Part shown: in pieces, positions 10,569-18,177 of the stretch
Position numbering within the stretch: the first letter of the stretch is position 1
Layout of the letters: each line of letters starts with the position of its first letter
Notes under the pieces: model-generated
Seen by the model: only the letters and a program-made list of their open reading frames with translations
Databases searched by the model: none
What the model was told of the DNA's origin: nothing
Assembly: GCA_964465575.1 (NCBI GenBank)
Contig: CAYXIF010000006.1
Location: 14,445 to 78,444 of the forward strand
Reading direction: 5' to 3'
DNA: 64,000 nucleotides
DNA from: an uncultured Candidatus Bathyarchaeia archaeon
Lineage (GTDB): Archaea > Thermoproteota > Bathyarchaeia > Bathyarchaeales > DTEX01
Made by a program: the position numbers and the translations under genes

Positions 10569-11003
10569 CTAGGAGTATGGGAAGTTCAGAATCCAGAAGA
10601 TCTCGGCTTCAATGGACACGAAGGCTACGAGAAGCAACGCGACGCCTACTTTTGAAAGAATCGAGACTTGCCGCGGGTTGCGAACGTATCTGGTGCTGTA
10701 GTAGATCAGTAGCAAACCAGTGGCTCCTAAGGTGTAAAGAATCATGACCCCGATGCTTCCGATCAGCACCTGTTCATGTATCCTGTACGGGAGATACGAG
10801 AGGAATCTTCCCTTGCCTATGGGCAGTATGGTAAGAGGCTCCATGAAGAGGTCGTAGATCCCTCCGCCCAAAAGGAAGATTGAGATTCCCATCACAGCTA
10901 AGGCGATAACAAAAGGTGAAGGCCTGAATGTAGCCAATCTCGTGCCGGACTTCTGTAGCGAGTAGCCCGCGGACGACAGCTTTCGCCTCATCTTCTTGGA
11001 CAA
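10569..11003 (-). CDS. Small integral membrane protein, unknown function
   Basis: 144 aa. Basic N-terminus followed by four hydrophobic helices. No family recognised. Confidence 0.5.
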   Translation of the reverse strand: MSKKMRRKLSSAGYSLQKSGTRLATFRPSPFVIALAVMGISIFLLGGGIYDLFMEPLTILPIGKGRFLSYLPYRIHEQVLIGSIGVMILYTLGATGLLLIYYSTRYVRNPRQVSILSKVGVALLLVAFVSIEAEIFWILNFPYS

Positions 11004-11058
11004 TTCCGCATCTCCGAGACTCTAAGTCCAGCGCAATCATATGACACTGGAACAAGAT

Positions 11059-11316
11059 TTAAACCTTGTCCATCGCCACACCGCTGCTTCTTGGAACATC
11101 TTGCTCACTCATACGATTCGAAGCCAGCAGGTATGACGCGACCTCCTTGACCCATAGGCCGGCGTAAGCGTTCTTCCGGATCTCCTGCAGATATTCCGTC
11201 CAGGACAGATTCAACGACTTCCTCCAGACCTCGTACTTCCTGAACAAGGTGCTGCGGGCTTCTTCATGCAGCCCGCAGAGCTCTTTCTCGGCTTTTCTCT
11301 CACAGATTTTGCAGGG
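11059..11316 (-). CDS. Small Cys-containing hypothetical protein downstream of topA
   Basis: Internal ATG of track ORF 11059..11415 gives MPCKICERKAEKELCGLHEE... (85 aa), beginning 2 nt after the topA stop. The longer version overlaps topA out of frame. Confidence 0.45.
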   Translation of the reverse strand, partial: PCKICERKAEKELCGLHEEARSTLFRKYEVWRKSLNLSWTEYLQEIRKNAYAGLWVKEVASYLLASNRMSEQDVPRSSGVAMDKV

Positions 11317-11318
11317 CA

Positions 11319-13397
11319 TCACTTTCTTCCCCCTTTGGAGGGGCAACCTTGGTTGATGCAAAAGGTCCAAGCCCGTCTGCTTTTCACATGAACCCGCATC
11401 ATTGGCCACCCACAATCGCGACAGCTTCTTCTTGCAGCTTCCACGTTACCAGTTTGGGGAAGCGGAAAGGAAGCCTTGCACAAACCCTTAAAGAAGCCTG
11501 TGCAGCCAATGAACTGTTTTCCCGTTTGCCTAGAGTACATGATCATCAACTTGCCTACGCCACAGATCGGGCACACGCCGACCATCCGTCGCTGCATGTG
11601 GGCCTTCCTAATGGCAACGCTCAGTTCTTGACCTACGGCTTCCTGGTGTTCTTTTAGCTTCTCAAGGACAGGTCCAAGGTGGGTCACTGCCTTGTTGATT
11701 ACCGTCTCCATCCGTTCTTTGCCGTTCTGAATCTTTTCCATGCTTTTTTCGAGCTCTCTTGTGAAACCCACTGATATCACTTCGGGACAATGTTTGTCAA
11801 GGACATCAATGACGTCGAATCCCAGTTCTGAGACAACTGCTCTCTCTTCTGTGACATACCCGCGGTTGTAGAGCGTATCGATTATGCTTGCCCTAGTCGC
11901 CTTAGTTCCTATCCCCTCCTCCTCCATCTTCTTGAGCAAGCTGCTGGGATTGTATCGCGGAGGGGGCTTTGTGAACCTATCTTCCAGCTCGATTCTCTTG
12001 ATTGCGACCTCTTGCCCTTCCTCGAGACGCGGAAGCAGAACCTCCTCAGCCTTCAAGAAGGACTTGTAGAAAACAGTCCACCCCTCTTTGAGAACTCGTC
12101 TTCCCCAAAGATAGAAACGATGACCATCCACTGCAATGCAAACTTTCATTGTCCGCTTGAGGCATGGTTCGCCAAAGACAGCCATAAACCGTCTTACGAC
12201 AAGATCCCAAAGTCGCCTCTCGGATCCGCTCAAGCCTCTTTCGGGCAGACTGCCCGTTGGGTAAATCGCAGGATGAGCAGGATCCTGTCTGGCGCCCTCC
12301 CTTGGAACAAGCTGTTTCATCCCCAAGAGTTCGGCGCATAGCCGATTGTACTCAGAACTCCGGCTTAGAGATTCAATTATTGCTACGTAGTTGATCGAGG
12401 GAGGAAGTCTCTGGCTCGCCGTTCGTGGATACGAGATCAGAGCTTCAAGATATAACCTTTCAGCTATGTCTCCAGTCATCTTGGGTGTAAACTTGAAGAG
12501 ACTGTACGCTTCAGTCTGGAGAGCACCAAGGTCGAAAGGCAACGGAGGGCTCTGCTGAATCTCCTTGACCTCAGTCTCCGTTATCTTCCCCTTCTTGGCT
12601 CTACATGCTTCAACGATAGCCTGTGCTTCGCCCCTGCGCTCTATCACTTCGCGCTCATACTCGACCTCGAAGATTGAACCATTAATCTCGACTTCAGCGC
12701 TTATGCTCCAGAAGGGCGTTGGCACAAACGAGTTGATCTTCTTCTCTCTATCAACGAGGAATCTCAGGGCTGGACCTTGCACTCTGCCCGTGCTGAGAAC
12801 GGTGAACCTTCCGCTCCAGCTCTTTGCTGCTATGGTCAAGGCTCGGGATAGGTTAATTCCATATAAAGCGTCAAGAAAGTGGCGACATAGCCCAGCCTCG
12901 ACTGTAGTGAAATCAATGTGGTCCGCAAGATGGGTGAAAGACGTCCTGAGCTCGTCCGTGGTTAGAGTTGAGAACTTCATTCGTCTTGCGTCTTTCTCCT
13001 TGCTTCCGCAAGCGTACTTCAGTATTGTATATCCTAGGGTTTCTCCTTCGACATCATAATCCGTTGCCAGGATGAATTCTGTGGCTTCGTGCGACAGCTT
13101 CGAGATGGCTTCGATCCATGCTCGCGTTTCTGCGGCTTTGCGTTCAGCTGCGTGCCTTGGAATCCAGTCAAAATCGAGGACAGGATAGATATTCCGGTCG
13201 GTCTCTTTTGGAGCAATTGTGTAGAGATGCCCTAGAGCCGGAACCACAAGCAATTCTTTGCCATCTCTCTCGGCTTCGTAGAATGGAACCCGATCAAGCC
13301 TTTTCTCCCGTGGTTTCCCGTAACCGTCTAGAGCTTTGGCGACACGTTGGGCAGTGTTCGGTTTCTCGCACAGTATCAGTGTTCTTTCCGTGCGCAA
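11319..13397 (-). CDS. topA: DNA topoisomerase, type IA (TopA/Topo III-like) with C-terminal zinc ribbons
   Basis: 692 aa. Toprim LILCEKPNTAQRVAKAL and DYDVEGE, active-site Tyr motif ISYPRTASQRL, and two C-terminal Cys4 ribbons (CPICG...CTG, CRDCG...CINQGC). Confidence 0.9.
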   Translation of the reverse strand: MRTERTLILCEKPNTAQRVAKALDGYGKPREKRLDRVPFYEAERDGKELLVVPALGHLYTIAPKETDRNIYPVLDFDWIPRHAAERKAAETRAWIEAISKLSHEATEFILATDYDVEGETLGYTILKYACGSKEKDARRMKFSTLTTDELRTSFTHLADHIDFTTVEAGLCRHFLDALYGINLSRALTIAAKSWSGRFTVLSTGRVQGPALRFLVDREKKINSFVPTPFWSISAEVEINGSIFEVEYEREVIERRGEAQAIVEACRAKKGKITETEVKEIQQSPPLPFDLGALQTEAYSLFKFTPKMTGDIAERLYLEALISYPRTASQRLPPSINYVAIIESLSRSSEYNRLCAELLGMKQLVPREGARQDPAHPAIYPTGSLPERGLSGSERRLWDLVVRRFMAVFGEPCLKRTMKVCIAVDGHRFYLWGRRVLKEGWTVFYKSFLKAEEVLLPRLEEGQEVAIKRIELEDRFTKPPPRYNPSSLLKKMEEEGIGTKATRASIIDTLYNRGYVTEERAVVSELGFDVIDVLDKHCPEVISVGFTRELEKSMEKIQNGKERMETVINKAVTHLGPVLEKLKEHQEAVGQELSVAIRKAHMQRRMVGVCPICGVGKLMIMYSRQTGKQFIGCTGFFKGLCKASFPLPQTGNVEAARRSCRDCGWPMMRVHVKSRRAWTFCINQGCPSKGGRK

Positions 13398-13509
13398 CGG
13401 CGGCTGCTTTCCTCCTCTTGCTGCACCCTAGATCATGAACGTTGAGTTTGCCAATCCGAGTGAACGCACAAACGCTGTTACCTAAGGCTCGGCTGAATTT
13501 AAACGTGAC

Positions 13510-13767
13510 TTGCCGCTTCACTTATTAGGGAGGAGTTTTCTAGTTTTGGTAGTCGCTGGGAAAGGATGTGTGAGTTTGCCCCAGCAGGTGAACTGTTACG
13601 ACTGTGGCGCAATCCTATACAAAGGTGAGGATCTAAAGTCTCCTGAAGAGATCCTTCAGATACACGAAGGGAAATGCCCCAAATGTGGAAAGAGGCTCTC
13701 TCTCATGCCTCAAGGAATAGATGTGAAGCCTGTCAAGGACAGGCCCGTTGAAAAGTACCCGAGATGA
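13510..13767 (+). CDS. Small zinc-ribbon protein (start uncertain)
   Basis: CYDCG...18 aa...CPKCG Cys4 ribbon. The true start is probably an internal GTG/TTG around 13549-13588. Immediately precedes acpS. Confidence 0.5.
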   Translation: MPLHLLGRSFLVLVVAGKGCVSLPQQVNCYDCGAILYKGEDLKSPEEILQIHEGKCPKCGKRLSLMPQGIDVKPVKDRPVEKYPR

Positions 13768-14167
13768 TGGGCGGGCACCTCTCATGTGGGATATCGGGGT
13801 TGACGTGGTCGAGGTCCAGAGGTTTAGGAGGCTCGACTACCCAAACCACAAGAGATTCTACAATCGAATCTTTACGCCACGGGAGATTGATTATTGCCTA
13901 TCGTTCAAGAACGCGGCGCAACATTTCGCTGCAACTTTCGCGGGGAAAGAATCCGTGTTTAAGGCAGTCAATCGTCACATCAGGGTTAAGCCTCGTGAAA
14001 TCGAAATCCTCAGGGACGGGGATGCCCCGCAAGTCAACCTAGTAAGAGGTCGCGTAGGCATGGCGGATACCGGTTCTCAAGTTGAGGTCAAGGTGAGTCT
14101 GTCTCATACACAATCCTACGCAATAGCCTTTGCACTTGCGAGGTTTGAGAAAGCAGGGCAGACCTAG
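13748..14167 (+). CDS. acpS: Holo-[acyl-carrier-protein] synthase (4'-phosphopantetheinyl transferase, AcpS type)
   Basis: IGVDVVEVQRFRRL, FTPREIDYC, FAATFAGKESVFKAV, EIEILRDGDAPQV and SLSHTQSYAIAF match the AcpS pattern. Likely start is ATG 13784. Confidence 0.8.
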   Translation: MKSTRDDGRAPLMWDIGVDVVEVQRFRRLDYPNHKRFYNRIFTPREIDYCLSFKNAAQHFAATFAGKESVFKAVNRHIRVKPREIEILRDGDAPQVNLVRGRVGMADTGSQVEVKVSLSHTQSYAIAFALARFEKAGQT

Positions 14168-14185
14168 GGTCCTACAAGGGGATGG

Positions 14186-16051
14186 TTGCAGACGACCTCT
14201 TGTTCAGGTATTGAGACCGATATAGATCTCCAGCTGAAAGAGATTCTCGATAAGGTTAGGAGGCAACCTAGTTACCTCAACTACTGGAACGCGTACAGAA
14301 GGATTCAAAGACTCAACCTTGCAGCGGCCAAGGTTCCGGAAGAGAAGAGGGTGATGATTGCCATCCTCAGCTCCTTCACCGTAGAGCCTCTCGTTATGTA
14401 CATTGACGTCGATTGTCGTCTCGTCGGTTTGGGCCCCCAGATATATGTAGCACCATTCAACCAGTACGCCCAAGAGATTCTAGACTCCACAAGCCAGCTG
14501 TACCGGTTTGGGCCCGACATCATCATAGTCATTGTCGAAGCAGAGCGGCTTCTTAGCGACAACTTCTTCCAGAACTTTCTCACGCTTTCTGACGAGCAGA
14601 AAAGGAACCTTCAGGCGGAAGTCATTGGGTATCTGAGAAGCCTGATTTCCAGGCTGGCAGAACAGACCAAGGCGCTCATACTCGTGAGCAATTTTGTGGT
14701 GCCATGGTTCTCCCCCCTGGGCGTTCTGGACAACAAGGTGAGCTTGGGCATTGGCGACTTCTTTGACGGGCTTGACAAGATGATTGCAGACCTCTACAGA
14801 GACAGTCGGCAAGTCTACATCGTCGACCTGGAGAATCTTGCAGGTCAACATGGCAAGTCTAGGTGCCTGAACTACGAAATGTACTATAGGGGAGCTGTGC
14901 TCTTCAGCGAGTCATTCTTTCCTGTCATCGCCAATGAATATATGGCGTACGTCAAGGCGCTCAAGAACATCGTAAGAAAATGCATTGTCCTGGACTTGGA
15001 CAATGTTCTTTGGGGAGGCATCCTAGGCGAAGACGGCTTCGACGGCATCAAGCTGGGCGCGGACCCTATTGGCAGAGCATACGTTGACTTCCAGAAGCTC
15101 CTTCTCTCTTACTACAACCGAGGCATTATCCTCGCCATAAACAGCAGGAACAACTATGGAGACTCAATCAGGGCTATCGCCGAACATCCAAACATGGTCC
15201 TTCGTGGCAAACACTTCGCAGCTATGAGGATCAACTGGAACGACAAAGTTGAGAACATGATCGCCCTCGCAAAGGAACTAAACATAGGCCTAGACAGCAT
15301 GGTGTTCGTGGACGACTCCCCCCAAGAACGCGAACGCATGAAACAGGCTTTGCCTCAGGTTCTCGTGGTGGATATGCCAAAATCTCCCTTCCACTACAGC
15401 GAGACTCTCCAGAGCTTGAAAGCCTTCGACACACTCGTCCTTTCCGAGGAGGACAAAAGACGCGGTGAGATGTACCATGCCGAGAGGAAACGCAGGGACC
15501 TTCTAGAGTCGAAGGGCAGCCTTGAAGACTTTCTTAGGTCGCTAGACATGAAGGCTGAGATAAGATACGCCAACAGCTTCACCATACCACGTATCACGAG
15601 CCTCATCAACAGAACGAACCAGTTCAACCTTGCAGCGCGACGGTACAACCAGGCCGAGGTTGAGGCAATGATCTCCCAATCACAAAGGTTTCTTGTTTAT
15701 AGCATGAAGGTCAGCGACCGGTTCGGAGACGAAGGAATAGTCGGCGTTGCCATCATCCGGAAGGAAGGACAAGAGTGGGTCATAGACTCCTTTCTCCTAA
15801 GCTGCCGGGTCATTGGTCGAGGGGCTGAAACGGCGCTCTTGGCCAAGACAGCGGACGACGCCAAAGCAAGCGGAGCGTCAGCCCTCATTGGGGAGTATAT
15901 CCCAACAGCGCGGAACGAGCCCGCAAAGTCCTTCTATAGTGATCACGGCTTCGACTTGGTGAAAGAAGACATGGCTGGCATGCGATGGAGGCTAGACCTC
16001 GAGAAGGCTACGGTTAAGACACCCGAATGGTTGAGTGTCACTTATGAATAG
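14186..16051 (+). CDS. FkbH-like protein (HAD-IIIC phosphatase domain plus C-terminal GNAT-like acyltransferase domain)
   Basis: 621 aa. HAD motif I VLDLDNVLWGGILGEDG, motif FVDDSPQERE, and a C-terminal GNAT-like fold (DRFGDEGIVGVAII...CRVIGRGAETALL). This is the domain order of FkbH-type glyceryl-ACP loaders. Confidence 0.8.
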   Translation: MQTTSCSGIETDIDLQLKEILDKVRRQPSYLNYWNAYRRIQRLNLAAAKVPEEKRVMIAILSSFTVEPLVMYIDVDCRLVGLGPQIYVAPFNQYAQEILDSTSQLYRFGPDIIIVIVEAERLLSDNFFQNFLTLSDEQKRNLQAEVIGYLRSLISRLAEQTKALILVSNFVVPWFSPLGVLDNKVSLGIGDFFDGLDKMIADLYRDSRQVYIVDLENLAGQHGKSRCLNYEMYYRGAVLFSESFFPVIANEYMAYVKALKNIVRKCIVLDLDNVLWGGILGEDGFDGIKLGADPIGRAYVDFQKLLLSYYNRGIILAINSRNNYGDSIRAIAEHPNMVLRGKHFAAMRINWNDKVENMIALAKELNIGLDSMVFVDDSPQERERMKQALPQVLVVDMPKSPFHYSETLQSLKAFDTLVLSEEDKRRGEMYHAERKRRDLLESKGSLEDFLRSLDMKAEIRYANSFTIPRITSLINRTNQFNLAARRYNQAEVEAMISQSQRFLVYSMKVSDRFGDEGIVGVAIIRKEGQEWVIDSFLLSCRVIGRGAETALLAKTADDAKASGASALIGEYIPTARNEPAKSFYSDHGFDLVKEDMAGMRWRLDLEKATVKTPEWLSVTYE

Positions 16052-16289
16052 CGCTGAGGAACAGCTTAGGGAAATCGTGGCAAAGGTTCTGCTTCTCAAG
16101 GAGTCTGAAGTGACGGATGCGATATCGCGGAAGGACACAGAGTCGTGGGACTCGCTGGCTCATTTGATGCTGGTAAACGAAGTCGAGGCCGCATTCAACG
16201 TCACACTCAGCGATGACGACATCGTCGAGTTGAAAACGGTTGGCGAGCTAAAACAGAAGCTTAGGAACCTTGGTGTCCAGATCCACTGA
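16044..16289 (+). CDS. Acyl carrier protein
   Basis: 81 aa from ATG 16044 (8-nt overlap with the FkbH stop). Phosphopantetheine-attachment motif WDSLAHLMLVNEVEAAF. Confidence 0.8.
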   Translation: MNSAEEQLREIVAKVLLLKESEVTDAISRKDTESWDSLAHLMLVNEVEAAFNVTLSDDDIVELKTVGELKQKLRNLGVQIH

Positions 16290-16295
16290 CGTTAC

Positions 16296-16730
16296 TCACT
16301 TAAGCTTTGTTATTGCTCTAGCGGGGTGACCGCCGACCATTGTGTACGGAGGGACGTCTCTGCCTACAATTGAGCCGGCAGTCACAATGGCTCCTTCACC
16401 GATCGAGACTCCTGGCAGAACGATTGAGCCGGCAGCTATCCAAGCACCTCGGCCAATCTTGACGCTTTTTGGTTCTTCGTGATAGAGTTTCAGCCGCTGG
16501 TGGAAGGGGCTTGCGCCTGAGTGCGCCATTATGATTACCCCCGGGCCGATGCTGGCTTCGTCCTCGATCTCAATATACTCTGGATATTCTCCGTCGACCA
16601 TGACGAGGAACCCTACATAGACTCTCTCCCCTACCCTTACTCCGCATCTTCTGAGCATACTGCTTCTGAACTGGTAGAAAGGAGAAACCCAAGCGAGTAT
16701 ACGAAGGAGTCTGCCTATGAGTTTGCCCAT
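16296..16730 (-). CDS. Hexapeptide-repeat (left-handed beta-helix) acyl/acetyltransferase
   Basis: 144 aa with repeated [LIV]G-x4 hexapeptides (IGPGVIIMAHSG, IGRGAWIAAGSIVLPGVSIGEGAIVTAGSIV) and a C-terminal PPYTMVGGHPAR. Confidence 0.8.
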   Translation of the reverse strand: MGKLIGRLLRILAWVSPFYQFRSSMLRRCGVRVGERVYVGFLVMVDGEYPEYIEIEDEASIGPGVIIMAHSGASPFHQRLKLYHEEPKSVKIGRGAWIAAGSIVLPGVSIGEGAIVTAGSIVGRDVPPYTMVGGHPARAITKLK

Positions 16731-16757
16731 AATGGGTAAGTATGTGGCTTAACCGCC

Positions 16758-17612
16758 TTAAAAGAGTCGTGTAAAGTACTCAAGGTAAGTGAAGTTGTCG
16801 ATGTCTCCGGTCAGCAAGCAACAGAAGGCAGCACCATCTTTCCACTCACCATGCCTTAGCCAGTGCTCAACAGCGTCTGTGACAACTGGAAACCATCCGT
16901 TCAGCTCTGCCCCATAAGAAAGTATCTGTTTTAGCACGTCGATGTACTGAGGTTGCCCTATCCTTATTGGGTGAAGGTCTAGCATTATGACACCGTGTTG
17001 CTTCTCAGTCTCTCTTAGCGCTCGCCTCAAGATCCTCGCCATTTCAACGGCATTCAGCCTCTGGATGTCGATCATCCTATCATCAGACCACTCGTAGAGT
17101 GGGATGCAGACGAATCTTGAATCGTGACCTTCAACGGGAACCCTAAAGAAACTCCGCCTTTCCCTGTACTTATCCTGAAACCCTAGACCCGCGTCCCAAA
17201 GGAATTCGAATTTCTCCAGCAAGATAGGGAGCTGGGCTGGGCATATGTTGTAAGGAGCTCTAAACCCTCGTATCGGGGTCTTCAAGCTTCTGAAGGCAAG
17301 AAGGCTTCTCGCAATGTCCCATTCTTGTGCCTCAGAAGATAGGTAACTGTAGTTCACGTGATTGAAGCCGTGGGATGCTACTTCCTGACCGAAATTCGTG
17401 ATCAAGCGGACTAGCCCAGTGTTTCTGAGAGCCGCGGAGGCAATGATGGGGAAAGTGAAACCCGCATGGTAGGCCTCAATAACCTCCAAAATGTTCTCAA
17501 GAAGCTTTCTGAAAGGCGTCCTGTGGAATTTCGCCATTCGGAAAGCTTGATGTATGAGAAAGGCTCTTCTCTCTTTCCAAAGGTATCTGACCCAGCCGGT
17601 TCTGATAGGCAT
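16758..17612 (-). CDS. Polysaccharide deacetylase (NodB/CE4-like) family protein
   Basis: 284 aa. FTFPIIASAL...ASHGFNHVNY histidine motif and overall NodB-like pattern. Start may be internal (MAKFHRTPF). Confidence 0.7.
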   Translation of the reverse strand: MPIRTGWVRYLWKERRAFLIHQAFRMAKFHRTPFRKLLENILEVIEAYHAGFTFPIIASAALRNTGLVRLITNFGQEVASHGFNHVNYSYLSSEAQEWDIARSLLAFRSLKTPIRGFRAPYNICPAQLPILLEKFEFLWDAGLGFQDKYRERRSFFRVPVEGHDSRFVCIPLYEWSDDRMIDIQRLNAVEMARILRRALRETEKQHGVIMLDLHPIRIGQPQYIDVLKQILSYGAELNGWFPVVTDAVEHWLRHGEWKDGAAFCCLLTGDIDNFTYLEYFTRLF

Positions 17613-17634
17613 CTAGGGTCGCTCACTGGTCTTC

Positions 17635-18159
17635 CTACGGGCTCTGTGCCTTTTCCTCTAGGAATTCCACCAAGTAACCATCGGGTGTGTATATGAAAGC
17701 TATCCTTTGTCCATTGTAGAGTCTAGCTGGTGATGGTCCAGATACTACGATAGCTTTCTGCTTTCTAGCCTTCTTGAGGGTCGACTCGATGTCGTCGACC
17801 GAATAGCAAAGATGGTAAAGGTGCATCCCTTTCTTCAGAAGATTCCGAATGGGTGACTGGTCACCTAGTGGAGCCACCAGCTCGATCGGGATACCTGGGC
17901 TTCTTTGGTCTGACATCAAGATCAATGACACCTTCTGTAAAGGATCTTCGACAATGGTAGAGATTCGATTTAGCCCGAAGAGTTCCTCGTGTTGCCGTAT
18001 TGATCTTTCCAGGTTGTTTGAGGCTATTCCAATATGGTGCAGCTTCACGAGACTCACCCAGAACCACCTAACCATTGCTGAGCCTGTTCTTATAAGCAAG
18101 TCGGTTGGCAACTTAGCTTCGCAGCTGGACCATAAACTAAATATAACCGGTAAAGGCAT
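17635..18159 (-). CDS. VOC (glyoxalase/dioxygenase) family protein, methylmalonyl-CoA epimerase-like
   Basis: LHHIGIASNNLERSI...IELVAPLGDQSPIRNLLKKG..LYHLCYSVDDI...GYLVEFLEE. Likely start is the internal Met at 18078. Confidence 0.7.
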   Translation of the reverse strand: MPLPVIFSLWSSCEAKLPTDLLIRTGSAMVRWFWVSLVKLHHIGIASNNLERSIRQHEELFGLNRISTIVEDPLQKVSLILMSDQRSPGIPIELVAPLGDQSPIRNLLKKGMHLYHLCYSVDDIESTLKKARKQKAIVVSGPSPARLYNGQRIAFIYTPDGYLVEFLEEKAQSP

Positions 18160-18177
18160 CGATAAGGAAGGAGACTC

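Noticed and set aside
11319-13397. Possibility that the topoisomerase is reverse gyrase
   Set aside because: It is only 692 aa, with no helicase-like N-terminal domain or Walker motifs. The architecture is plain type IA plus zinc ribbons.
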